NCBI GenBank assembly: GCA_963711735.1
Contig: CAVQFA010000005.1
Span: 7,525 to 71,524 of the forward strand
Direction: 5' to 3'
Source: Candidatus Gottesmanbacteria bacterium
GTDB taxonomy: Bacteria; Patescibacteriota; Microgenomatia; UBA10105; UBA927
Length of the DNA: 64,000 bases
The translations under genes and the position numbers were made by a program. This document shows positions 1 to 10,061 of the stretch, one piece after another; the first letter of the stretch is position 1, and each line of letters starts with the position of its first letter. A model generated the notes under the pieces. The model saw only the letters and a list, made by a program, of their open reading frames with translations. It had not been told where the DNA came from and searched no databases.

Positions 1-275
1 ATATGAAGCTGTTCATAGAAAAGACGCCAGCCGGCTGCTGCGAGTGTCGGCATGAACTGTCCGAACGGCACATCAAACATGTCCCAGGGACTGGGATCTC
101 CCCAGGGGATATGGTCCGTAAGCTCGGGAGTTAACGGCCTTCCGATAAATTTAAGTCCTGCAAAGAAGATGTGGTGGAAGTCCCACGTCAGACCGTAATC
201 GTTCATAACAGCTAGGTGTATGGTAAGAGCCAGAAGAGTGATCGCGATGCCGGGAAGTAGGCGCTTAAATGTCAT
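1..275 (-). CDS. GT-C-type membrane glycosyltransferase-like protein (5' part; runs off window)
   Basis: Manual translation from ATG at 275: MTFKRLLPGIAITLLALTIHLAVMNDYGLTWDFHHIFFAG..., a TM helix followed by a DYGLTWD loop typical of PMT/ArnT-like proteins; open to window edge; TACTAT -10 just upstream. Confidence 0.6.
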   Translation of the reverse strand, partial: MTFKRLLPGIAITLLALTIHLAVMNDYGLTWDFHHIFFAGLKFIGRPLTPELTDHIPWGDPSPWDMFDVPFGQFMPTLAAAGWRLFYEQLH

Positions 276-337
276 GGCATTATAGTATCAGGAAAGAATA
301 AAGAGTAAAGAGAGGAGATGTGGTATATTTGGTGCAT

Positions 338-1736
338 ATGAAGCGGATACCTCTCTTTTTGGGAATACTCACTGCAGGTTTTCTCATTTTCCACTTCCTG
401 TTTTTCTGGATGAACGGCATCGTTGATTCGTCTTTTTACTATGCGATAGGAAAATACTTCCAAACAGGACACTACCCGTTCAGCTACCCATTCATCTACA
501 GCCGTCCTACGACCATCTCACCGCCTCTGTATGGGCTTATGCTTGTCACCCTCGAATATCTGCCGCGTCCGGATGTGGTTCTCCATTTCCTGCAACTGGT
601 TATGCTTGTAGGCGTTGGGTTTTTTACGTATAAAATCCTCCGGATGCTTACGTCAAAATGGGTTGCTGTAGTTGTCGGGTGTGTCACAATTCTCATTCCC
701 GCCAATATTGTGTATGCATCATACATGATGACGGAAATCGGGGCTGAGTTTCTCGTTGCCGTTATAGTCTATCTCATGGTGAAGGGGATAAAGGAGGACT
801 CTAAATGTCTTGCGTACGCTATTTTCCTGTCATCCGTTGCAGTTGTCTGGAAATATGCATTTATTCTCTACGGGCTCATTGGTTTTTTTCTTCTTATTTA
901 TACAAAAGCTAAACGAACGTTCGTATGGATATTGCCTATATTAGGGGTATTGGTTGTAAGTTGTTGGTTATATGTTAATTTCACAATAACAGGTATTATT
1001 GGCCTTTCTGACGCTAACGGCGTACATCTGTGGAACGAGGTCGTGTGGTACGGACGGATACTTCCTGGCGAGTCAGCACCCGCAATGCAGAAGTTCAGAC
1101 AATATGTGCCGGCAAATGTTGATGTCTATAAAGGGTATTGGGATCTCCAGGGGTATATCCTTCCGAAGGAAGGAAACAGTTGGGCAAAAGTTGATGAAAT
1201 TCTCGGAAATGTTGCCAGAGAGGCAATCCGCGAGCAACCTTTTGCATACATACGTAGCTCAATAAATGGGATATGGACCATTCATTCGGGAGGATTACCG
1301 TATTGGGAGAACACCGGCAGCTTCGGAAAGAAATTCGCGTATCCGTATCCACCCGAGTGTGCCGGAATCGGCAAGTATGCGTTTTGTGAACCGGTTGTCC
1401 GCATTTCCAACCCGTATACCCTCTGGAATTCGTATGTGTCTTTGACCGATTGGTTTTATATTTATCTTTATCCTATTATTTCAGCAGGCATTTTGCTGCC
1501 CTTGGTTTTGTTTCTTCTTCTCAAAGGGGGAAAGGGCGGAAAGACTTCTCGTAATTCTCTATATTTTCGGAGTGCTTTCAAATGTGATGTACGAAAATCC
1601 CAACAGGAGATATCTCATCCCGTATTATCCGATTGCAGCGGCTATCATTGCTGCGGGTTTATACCGGATCGGTTTGAGCTTGACAGCGCTTTTGCATACA
1701 AACGCGCGTACCGCGGAATCCTCTCGAGAAGTTTAA
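338..1736 (+). CDS. GT-C-type polytopic membrane protein (frameshift near 1523-1540)
   Basis: Multi-TM ORF with VDSSFYY loop and PPLYG motif; after the aaagggggaaaggg run another frame continues ERLLVILYIFGVLSNVMYENPNRRYLIPYYPIAAAII...REV* (stop 1734-1736) with an RYLIP motif. Confidence 0.65.
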
Positions 1737-2382
1737 ACTTGGATGATCCTTTTGTTCTCCCTTTCCAAATCGTCGGAATTTCCGTCATTTTCGCTCCGTT
1801 TCCGTATGCCTGAAGACACAGATCTATGGATATTTCCACACCCGCAGCCCTGTCAAAAGTTATATTTTCCAATATTTCCTTCCGGTACATTTTAAATGAG
1901 TTTGTAATGTCGTGCGTCGGGATGCCGGTAAGCAAATGTATGGATTTACCGAAGATTGTGGAGAAAAAACCCTGCAGTGCCGGGCCGCCGGACTTCCCTC
2001 CGCCGTCAACATACCGTGATCCGGATACGACATCAAATCCTTTCTTTATACATGCGTACATGCGGTCGATATCGCCGGCATCATCGCACATATCCGCCAT
2101 GATAAAGACTATGATATTTCCTCCGGCGTTTTTTACTCCGCGAACAAGTGCACTCCCGAATCCGTCGGTGTCACTTGCGGTTTTGGGAATAATCCGTATG
2201 CGTTTGTACGTGCGGAGAAGCGGACGGATAACGTTGATCGTTTTATCGGATGGATCTATCCCGTCATCAACACAAACAATCTCATGGGGCGTTTGAACAG
2301 ACTTTTCCAGATTGAGAATCGTTGATTTGATCACAGCTTCTTCATTTCTGAACGGAACGATAATGGATATGACCGGTTTCAT
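1645..2382 (-). CDS. GT2 polyprenol-phosphate glycosyltransferase (DPM1-like)
   Basis: ISIIVPFRNEE, VDD, DxD-like MADMCD, VSGSRY..GG, HDITNSFKMYR, EIPTIW motifs; start taken as MKPVIS. Confidence 0.88.
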   Translation of the reverse strand: MKPVISIIVPFRNEEAVIKSTILNLEKSVQTPHEIVCVDDGIDPSDKTINVIRPLLRTYKRIRIIPKTASDTDGFGSALVRGVKNAGGNIIVFIMADMCDDAGDIDRMYACIKKGFDVVSGSRYVDGGGKSGGPALQGFFSTIFGKSIHLLTGIPTHDITNSFKMYRKEILENITFDRAAGVEISIDLCLQAYGNGAKMTEIPTIWKGRTKGSSKFKLLERIPRYARLYAKALSSSNRSGINPQQ

Positions 2383-2457
2383 ATGTGTTATAGTACAACT
2401 TGGGAGTTTCAAGAGAAAGGGCATATTAGGCTATATTCACTGCATTATGCGTTTTGA

Positions 2458-3023
2458 TCAGAACTGCGCGTAAATCCTGAGGCCTGTGAAATTCGGGAGC
2501 TCACCGTCAATGCGTGTATCCTGAGCAAGCTGAAGAAGCTTCCAACTTTGTGCCTGATCAACCGGACGCGGAAATAAAGGAGATTTTCTGTGTAATTCAA
2601 TGCGACCTTGAGGGCTTGTCTCGGGATATATGGTGAACGGACCGGTAAGCATATCAATTGCGAGCAAGTCGTGTCGTTCATTTTTCCCCAAGACGTATAT
2701 CAGATGTTTAAAATCCTGGCCAGACGAATCAGGATGTATCTGACCAATGATCGAAAAAACCGCAGGTATCTGTTAATATGTGGGTGTAATTTCCTTTCAT
2801 GAATTTTCATGTCATAACTTCCGGGATAGACGATTTCCGGTTTCCAATCGATGGAAAAAATTGGTTCTGCGGTTGATTCAGTATTGCAGATCCTGTCCCC
2901 GAGACAAGGAAAAGAATCACTGAAACCAAGAGGTATTTCCGGTTCAGGTGTTATCCCATGAACATCATAAAACAGTTGACGATTAGTATATGTGTCCGTT
3001 TCTTTTTGCCTTGGATTAGACAT
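2458..3023 (-). CDS. Hypothetical protein, possibly one gene split by a frameshift (~2770)
   Basis: ORFs 2700-3023 and 2458-2691; the second frame is open from ~2772 (QIPAVFSIIGQIHPD...LGKNERHD); no recognisable motif. Confidence 0.3.
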
Positions 3024-3097
3024 AGATCACATTATAAACATAATTATTTGAAAAAAGCGAGGATTACATTGGTACATCGGTATAAAGTGATACGTTA

Positions 3098-4802
3098 TCA
3101 TAACGTGAAGACGACAATGGATGTATTTTCGTACAGTGATTTTAAAAATGGGTATTGTACTTTCAGGAGATTGACATCACCGTCTGCTTTTTTCCAGAGA
3201 ATGTATCCGATGTTATGTGTTGCGAGAAAATTTTTAGCAGTGTCGGCATCCATCTGGCGGGTGAAAAAAAGGACCGCATCGGCAATTTTTTTCGGGTACT
3301 CGTATGTGAGGCTGTGGTGTGCAACATACATTGTTTGCCCTGATATGACAGGGGTGAGGAGTTCCAGGTTATTGATGGAAAGGGCAATTTTTGTTTTCGG
3401 CTGGCGGCCAAGGACTGTCAGTCCTTCTATAACACCGGGATCGAGATGGTTCATCCATGAAGTGAGCGTGTAGTTGTTTGTCCGTGCACGGATCTCTTCG
3501 CGAATCATCGGAAGCTGGAAGGCCAGATACGGGATGAGGAATATATAGAAAATTCCAAGAAGAATGCTATTTACTGATTCAGAACTATTTGATTCAGACG
3601 GAATGCTGGTACGTTTAGAACGGATTAATACATTTAATCGTGACAAAAGGAAACCGGGCAGGTACATACCCTCTACGGCAAGTGCTGCGAGAATGACATA
3701 GGAGGGCGGTTGTGGGAGACGGAAATATGGTATACCTAACCTGTTCGGAATAGGGGAAAAATAGAGCGCAATGGGGACTATAGCCCAAATTACTCCAAGC
3801 GTGCGCAACGGAGGAAGTTTCCATAAGAACGGGATAAGTCCTGCAGTTGCAAAAAGGAGAATCGGACCGACGGAGTGTGAAAATATGTACCAGTTCGTCG
3901 GCCGTATCTGGTTTTCCCACCAGCGGAAATACTGGTAGTAGGGGATATTAAATGTCTGAATGAGCGCATGTGCTGACGGTATGAGGCTGACTGCCAGTAT
4001 AAAACCGATGACAACAAGAAGGAGAAGTCGCCGGATGGATGGACGGGTAATAAATATAATAATGCCGGCAAGTACCATTGCCAACGCGTTGGATGCCGTG
4101 TAAAGGGGATTGATGAGGGTTAAAAGGGACAAAATAACGGCGAGTATAAGGACACGTAAGGCGATGGGTTTCGTCACTCCCGGACTTTCTTTCACTTTCG
4201 TTAATATACTTCCAAAGATAAGTATGGATCCGAGCGAGAGGATATTCTGAAGGATAAGATGCACGACACCGCCCAGACGGTTGAGGCTTTCGGTATAGTT
4301 GTAAAAGAACTGGTACGGGTTGATTTTCAATGCTTGCGTCAGGATTTTTTTCAATTAGGTAATAACACGTTGTGAGTGTTGCTACGAGGAATGTTCCGAT
4401 GCGCTTGGCGCGGTTTGTAGGGAAGAGAATACACGCTCCCTTATAGGTGAGAAACAGTGAAAAAACAGTAACAACAAAAAGGGATACGGTGTATGCATCC
4501 CATGGGTACAGATGAAACAGTGCAGCAACTTTTCCGATTATGATATTGGTAAACCAGAGAGGAGTTGCAGGAATGGGTTCGGGAGTATAGAGGTTCCGTA
4601 CCATCCAGGCACCGTCCGCCCCCTGACGAACCTGCTGGAGGTAGTAAAAGTAATCCTCGTAGTAATGGGATATGCCGATAAATACGGTATCGGGAATACG
4701 GTTGAAATACTGCCGGATGATGTGCCAGAGGTTAGCGGCTGTTACTGCAATGATAGTTGCAATGACGAGTGAGGATTCAATGAAATTTTTTTTCCGATTC
4801 AT
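3098..4802 (-). CDS. Polytopic membrane protein, GT-C-like (frameshift near 4325-4352); paralog of 4805-6427
   Basis: ORFs 3948-4802 and 3098-4354 join near an A7 run; HYYEDYFYY..QG, NRLGG..H, SVGP, P.ISG..Y..H and QYPFL motifs align with the neighbour. Confidence 0.75.
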
Positions 4803-4804
4803 AC

Positions 4805-6427
4805 TTATTCTGTCTGGAATACTGCCGCACCTGATGACTGATACATAATCCTGAGAAATGGGTATTGAATCTGTAATGATGTTGGACTTCCGTCTTTGCG
4901 GGTATAGAGAATATAACGGATTGTGGATTGTTCAAGCCAATCTTTGGCTTCTTTGGTAGTCATTTGCAGATGAAAGAATGCAAGAGCCTGTGACTTTTTC
5001 TCTTCAGCATTGATTGTTTCAGCCAGATGTCCCGAGTAAGAGTTATGTCCTGACAAGGCAGGAACAAGCATATCCATATGTGTGGCTGGATTGGCAAGCA
5101 CCGCGTCGGTAAACGGCTTTTTCCCTTCCAAATAGGCAAATCCGTTATACATATCCGTCGGGAGAAAAAGTAAAGGGTCACTGGGAGGACGGTTGGCGGG
5201 AAGTTTCCACCCGAGCTCCCACATGAGAGTCGGAATTGTGACAACTCCGTAGAGAACAAGGAGTATGGAGAGAGCTACCGGTGATGTCATATGAAAACGA
5301 TTTTTGATAATTTCAGAGATTTTCACAATTCCGTACGCGGCAAAGACTCCGAAGAATGTAAAGGATATGGGTGCCAGAACGCGGAGATTTGAGAGTCCTA
5401 TAGCCTGCGGGACAGGGGAAAGAAAGATGGTGTATGTGACGAGGATAAAGAGAAGTCCGAAGAGCTCACCCCCGGTCATTTTTTTAAACCGCACAATGAC
5501 TCCAGCGATAAAAGGAATAACGACCGGTCCGATGGAAAGAAGTAAAAAAGGGATTGTCGTATAACTGTCCTGGTTTGCTTCCCAGATTTTTGCCTGGTTG
5601 TACGGAGGGAGTGTCAGCTCGTAATTCATAATAAAGAACATCACCATTGCGGCAATCCCGATGACACCATATCCGATGAGCAAATTTTTTTCCGGCAGCT
5701 GTTTGCGGGTTATAAAAATAAAACCTCTGACACAAACAAAGAGTCCGAAAATGAGGACTGCCTGCACGGGATTTACCGACGCAAAAACAAGAGTCACGAT
5801 AAGGGCTAGCAGTATGCGTTTTCTTGTACGCGGTTGCCATGACGGATCAAAAAGAACGAGGAAGAAAAGCATGGACATGAGTGTCCGAAGAAGATGATGC
5901 GGCGCGCCCCCGAGCCGGTCAAAGGCGAAGTGTGGTGTGCCCCAGATCTGAAACGGCCACCACGCCATGCCACCGGCAGCGGCGTGTACGCGGTTTATCA
6001 TGGATGTGGAAAATACTGCGAAGAGAAAACCGATAAGTGCATGCATGGATTTGCCCGGAAAAAATGTTTTCATGATGCGCCAGATTGACAGGATGACAAA
6101 GAATGAAAGGAGTAAAACCCACAAATTGTATGAGTATGCAGGAGGAAGTCCGATGAATCCTCCGAGTTTCCCCATCATGACGTTATTCCAGTACATGAGA
6201 TTGGCGGGGGTAGCTTCGTGGGTGAACTGGTTTGCCGCAAGGAACGCTCCGTGTGCACCCTGGAAGAAATGATTGAGAAGGTAAAAGTAATCTTCCCAGT
6301 AATGGATGGTGCCGAGGTATACGGTGCCTGCGGGCTGGCGGATAAGGTCAGTAAAGAATGCAAGGGAGTTCAGGATGGCCATTCCGATGCTTACGATAAA
6401 TACGATAATAAAGGGCCGAAGTTTCAT
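4805..6427 (-). CDS. Polytopic membrane protein, GT-C-like
   Basis: Many TM segments; HYWEDYFY acidic loop after TM1; C-terminal PALSGHNSYSGH extracytoplasmic domain. Confidence 0.75.
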   Translation of the reverse strand: MKLRPFIIVFIVSIGMAILNSLAFFTDLIRQPAGTVYLGTIHYWEDYFYLLNHFFQGAHGAFLAANQFTHEATPANLMYWNNVMMGKLGGFIGLPPAYSYNLWVLLLSFFVILSIWRIMKTFFPGKSMHALIGFLFAVFSTSMINRVHAAAGGMAWWPFQIWGTPHFAFDRLGGAPHHLLRTLMSMLFFLVLFDPSWQPRTRKRILLALIVTLVFASVNPVQAVLIFGLFVCVRGFIFITRKQLPEKNLLIGYGVIGIAAMVMFFIMNYELTLPPYNQAKIWEANQDSYTTIPFLLLSIGPVVIPFIAGVIVRFKKMTGGELFGLLFILVTYTIFLSPVPQAIGLSNLRVLAPISFTFFGVFAAYGIVKISEIIKNRFHMTSPVALSILLVLYGVVTIPTLMWELGWKLPANRPPSDPLLFLPTDMYNGFAYLEGKKPFTDAVLANPATHMDMLVPALSGHNSYSGHLAETINAEEKKSQALAFFHLQMTTKEAKDWLEQSTIRYILYTRKDGSPTSLQIQYPFLRIMYQSSGAAVFQTE

Positions 6428-6520
6428 ATGGAACTTTGAATGTCCCAATTATCATATAGAATGATTATTTATTCAATCAGATTAATGCTTTACGGGATAC
6501 GATTTACGAATATTGTATGA

Positions 6521-6688
6521 GATAACGGGTCCTGTCTCTCGCGTATCCCATTCAACGTCCTCGCGACGCGGAAATGCTTATCCGGCATAAAGTATATGGA
6601 TGACCATTGGTTTTTGAACATCTTTATTCAGACAGGTGTACGCTGCTCCGGGCGGTTAATGGGACCCTCGCTCGAGTCACCCGTTATC
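6521..6688. ncRNA. Candidate structured non-coding element, copy A
   Basis: Perfect 10-bp terminal inverted repeat GATAACGGGT/ACCCGTTATC, nested TCCCATT(6546)/AATGGGA(6658); motifs and spacing shared with 9830-10000. Confidence 0.5.
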
Positions 6689-6903
6689 AATACAAATCAA
6701 AGTAATGTAATCTCACGCATCATATTGATTTTTATTCTGTTGCGTGAGTATGCCATTCTAATCCGTTTTTTCCCCTGAAAATTTTGCTGAATGTTCACAA
6801 GAACATTCATTCCATGAATGTTGCACAATTTTTAGGGTGTAAACCGGAGTAAGAATGGCATATATGCTATACTCTGAATGTAAAATAGTTGGTTTATAGT
6901 CCT

Positions 6904-7899
6904 ATGAAGGCTCATCAACAATCATGGCGGGGGAAAAAGGTTCTGATAACCGGTGGCGCGGGATTTATCGGTTCAAATCTCGCAATTGCGCTTGTCCACA
7001 CAGGAGCGGACGTCACGGTTCTTGATAATCTAACACCGCATCAGGGGGGAAATCTTTTTAACCTTAAACCTGTTATCAAGGATATTGAAATTGACTTTTC
7101 CGATATCCGTGATGAGGGAGCGGTGAAAAAAGCAGTCCGGGGAAAAGATTATATCTTTCACCTTGCGCGGCAAACTGACCACATCATGAGCCTTACCAAT
7201 CCCTTTCCCGATATCGATGTTAACGTGCGTGGTACGACGATTCTCCTTGAAGCGGTCCGGTATATTGCTCCTCACGCAATATTTATTTATACGGGTACAC
7301 GCGGACAATACGGTCACGCCGTAAAACTTCCGGTATCGGAAAGCGCACCCACGAATCCCCGCGGTATATATGAGATTACGAACCTGACAGCCGAAAAAAT
7401 CATCCAAGTCTATCATGACGTACACAAGGTGCGTTCAGTGATGCTCAGGCTTACTAATATCTACGGACCCAGAAGCCAGATGAAACATGATCATTACGGG
7501 GTCGTAAACTGGTTTATACGCTTAGCTCTTGAAGGAAGAGTAGTAAAAGTATTCGGAGACGGCATGATGAAGCGTGATTTTCTCTATATTGATGATGCAA
7601 TCGACGCGATACTGAAAACTAGCGTATGCGAAAAGTGCTTCGGAGAAATACTCAATGTCGGTATAGATAAGGGGACGACTTTTCTCACGCTTGTAAAGAC
7701 AATTATCCGTCTTGCCAAAAAAGGGTCGTGGGAATACGCGCCATTTACGCCTGAGCGTGCTTCACAGGATCCCGGTGATTTCATAAGCGATATTACAAAA
7801 ATCAGAAAATTGACAGGATGGAATCCGACTACTACATTAACTGAAGGACTTGAACAAACCATCTCATACTACCGGGAACATCTCCGCGAATATATCTAG
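6904..7899 (+). CDS. NAD-dependent nucleotide-sugar epimerase/dehydratase (extended SDR)
   Basis: TGGAGFIGSN Rossmann motif, YEIT at the YxxxK position (Lys replaced by Asn), LRLTNIYGP, RDFLYIDD. Confidence 0.9.
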   Translation: MKAHQQSWRGKKVLITGGAGFIGSNLAIALVHTGADVTVLDNLTPHQGGNLFNLKPVIKDIEIDFSDIRDEGAVKKAVRGKDYIFHLARQTDHIMSLTNPFPDIDVNVRGTTILLEAVRYIAPHAIFIYTGTRGQYGHAVKLPVSESAPTNPRGIYEITNLTAEKIIQVYHDVHKVRSVMLRLTNIYGPRSQMKHDHYGVVNWFIRLALEGRVVKVFGDGMMKRDFLYIDDAIDAILKTSVCEKCFGEILNVGIDKGTTFLTLVKTIIRLAKKGSWEYAPFTPERASQDPGDFISDITKIRKLTGWNPTTTLTEGLEQTISYYREHLREYI

Positions 7900-7951
7900 T
7901 GAAAAAACGAACGGTGACAACAGCCCGACGGACGTGCTATAGTACCTTTTA

Positions 7952-8644
7952 ATGAAGCTTTCTTCCGTATCATTTCTCATCCCTACCTATAAAGATGAAC
8001 GCACCATAGAATCCGTCGTGCGTGATGCTGTGCGTGTAGGGAAACAGGCAGCAAAACAGTTTGAAATTATCGTTATCAACGATGCAAGTCCTGATAATAC
8101 CGGGAACGTGCTTGCACGGCTTGAACAAAGTATAAAAGAACTTCATGTCATAACGCACAGGATAAATGCAGGGTACGGAGCGACGATAAAGGATCTCTAT
8201 TATGCAGGAAAATCCGAGTGGCTCTTTACCGTACCCGGGGATAACCAGATCCCGGTTGAAGAACTTCTTACTCTGGTTCCTTTTGCCGGCAAAGCTGACA
8301 TGATTATCGGCTGGCGGGTAAACAGAAATGATCCGCCGGACAGGCTGAAACAATCCAGAGTGTACAACTCACTTCTCGGAACACTCTTCGGACTTACGCT
8401 TCATGACGTAAATTCCGTCCGTCTCATGCGGTCATCTATCATGAACCGTATCCGTCTTGCCACTTCTTCCGCATTTGTGGATGCGGAACTGGCCATCCGT
8501 GCAGAAAAAGAGGGACTCTGCGTCTTGGAGATTCCGATTGACCATAAAGCGAGAAACGATGAGAAACCGGGAGGCGGAGGCAGTTTGCGGACAATCCTTC
8601 CGACAATTTTTGACATGGTGTGGTTTTGGATACTGTCAAATTAA
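7952..8644 (+). CDS. GT2 glycosyltransferase
   Basis: FLIPTYKDE, INDASPDNT, N.GYG, PGDNQ, HDVNS motifs. Confidence 0.88.
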   Translation: MKLSSVSFLIPTYKDERTIESVVRDAVRVGKQAAKQFEIIVINDASPDNTGNVLARLEQSIKELHVITHRINAGYGATIKDLYYAGKSEWLFTVPGDNQIPVEELLTLVPFAGKADMIIGWRVNRNDPPDRLKQSRVYNSLLGTLFGLTLHDVNSVRLMRSSIMNRIRLATSSAFVDAELAIRAEKEGLCVLEIPIDHKARNDEKPGGGGSLRTILPTIFDMVWFWILSN

Positions 8645-8649
8645 ATCTT

Positions 8650-9786
8650 ATGATACCTATCTGTAATCTGACACGACAATACCGGTCGTTGCAACCGGAT
8701 GTAGATGCGGCTGTGAGCCGGGTTCTCGCGCGCGGGATGTTTACCCTTGGCGCCGAGGTTGCTGCATTTGAGAAAGAGTTTGCATCGTATCTGGGAGCAC
8801 GCTTCGCAATCGGTGTCGGATGCGGTACTGATGCTCTTACGCTGGCAGTCAGATCTTTGGGTTTGGGGAAAGGCGATGAAGTCATACTTCCTGCCAATTC
8901 GTATCCGACAGTATTTGGTGTCGCATTATCCGGTGTAACTATCCGCCTTGCAGACTCTAATGAATTGGGTTTGTTAGACATATCCAGGTTGAAACGTGCT
9001 GTCAGCAATAAAACAAAGGCAATTATTCCCGTTCACCTCTATGGGAATCCGGCAGATCTCAATGCCTTACATGATTTTATACTCGGAGTGAAGCAAAACA
9101 TTTTCGTGATCGAAGATGCGGCGCAGGCACACGGAGCGGAAGTTCAAATTTCACAAAGTGCATCCGCTGAAAAAATATGGAAGAAAGTCGGTGTGGTGGG
9201 GGATATCGGCATTTTCAGCTTCTACCCGACAAAAAACCTCGGAGCATACGGAGACGGCGGGATGGTAGTGACGAACAACCCCAAAACTGCAACAGTTTTG
9301 CGGGAGCTCAGGCAATACGGGGAAAAGACCCGGTATCAAAGCGAGAGAGTATCAGGCGTATCGAGGCTTGATGAGCTGCAGGCGGCTATACTCCGCGTTA
9401 AGCTGCGGCAATTAGATGCGTGGAACCGCCGTCGTCGGGAGATTACCGGGTATTATGCACGGGAACTTGAAGGAACAGGAGACATATCGCTTACAGCTGT
9501 CAAAAATCATCCCTCAACAAAATCCTGTTGTCATCTGTTTGTCATCCGGACAAAAAAGAGAGATGAGTTAAAGGAATTTCTGGAAAAGAAGGGGACAGGG
9601 AGTGCTATCCACTATCCGGTACCCATCCATCTCACCCCCTCGTTCGGGTATCTGGGGTATAAAAAGGGCGATTTTCCAATTGCAGAGGCGTTATCAAAAG
9701 AAGTCCTTTCCCTCCCTCTTTTTCCGGAACTCACGGACACGGAAGCATCAAAAGTCGTACAAACCGTGAAAGCATTTTTCCGATAA
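8650..9786 (+). CDS. DegT/DnrJ/EryC1/StrS-family PLP-dependent sugar aminotransferase
   Basis: GTDAL, PVHLYG, EDAAQAHG, FSFYPTKNLGAYGDGG, SRLDELQAAIL, LSLPLFP. Confidence 0.95.
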   Translation: MIPICNLTRQYRSLQPDVDAAVSRVLARGMFTLGAEVAAFEKEFASYLGARFAIGVGCGTDALTLAVRSLGLGKGDEVILPANSYPTVFGVALSGVTIRLADSNELGLLDISRLKRAVSNKTKAIIPVHLYGNPADLNALHDFILGVKQNIFVIEDAAQAHGAEVQISQSASAEKIWKKVGVVGDIGIFSFYPTKNLGAYGDGGMVVTNNPKTATVLRELRQYGEKTRYQSERVSGVSRLDELQAAILRVKLRQLDAWNRRRREITGYYARELEGTGDISLTAVKNHPSTKSCCHLFVIRTKKRDELKEFLEKKGTGSAIHYPVPIHLTPSFGYLGYKKGDFPIAEALSKEVLSLPLFPELTDTEASKVVQTVKAFFR

Positions 9787-9829
9787 TCTCCCACGGGGTC
9801 CACCTTCGTCCTGCATAGATATACTACGG

Positions 9830-10000
9830 CGGATAAACCATGCCGTGCATTGTTTCCCATCTGACGTCTTTACACCGCAAAGCATTTGAGAGTATGTGTG
9901 CGTTTGGGATAAGCATCGGGTAATCAGCTGCCTTACGATGATCGTGTTTATGCGGTGTGCAAACGCAGACGGGATCCCTCAATGCACGTCACCCGTTAAC
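9830..10000. ncRNA. Candidate structured non-coding element, copy B
   Basis: Nested stems CGTGCATTG(9844)/CAATGCACG(9980), TCCCATCTG/CAGACGGGA, ACACCGCA(9872)/TGCGGTGT(9951); shares GTCACCCGTTA with copy A. Confidence 0.5.
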
Positions 10001-10061
10001 CAAACAACTCTATGTGAAATTGGTATAACACGAAATCTTATGGATTTGGTACTATGTGGGT

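Noticed and set aside
338-4802. Phase variation at homopolymers in membrane genes (~1525 G5, ~4346 A7)
   Set aside because: Runs are short and the assembly shows indel errors elsewhere; cannot be separated from artefact
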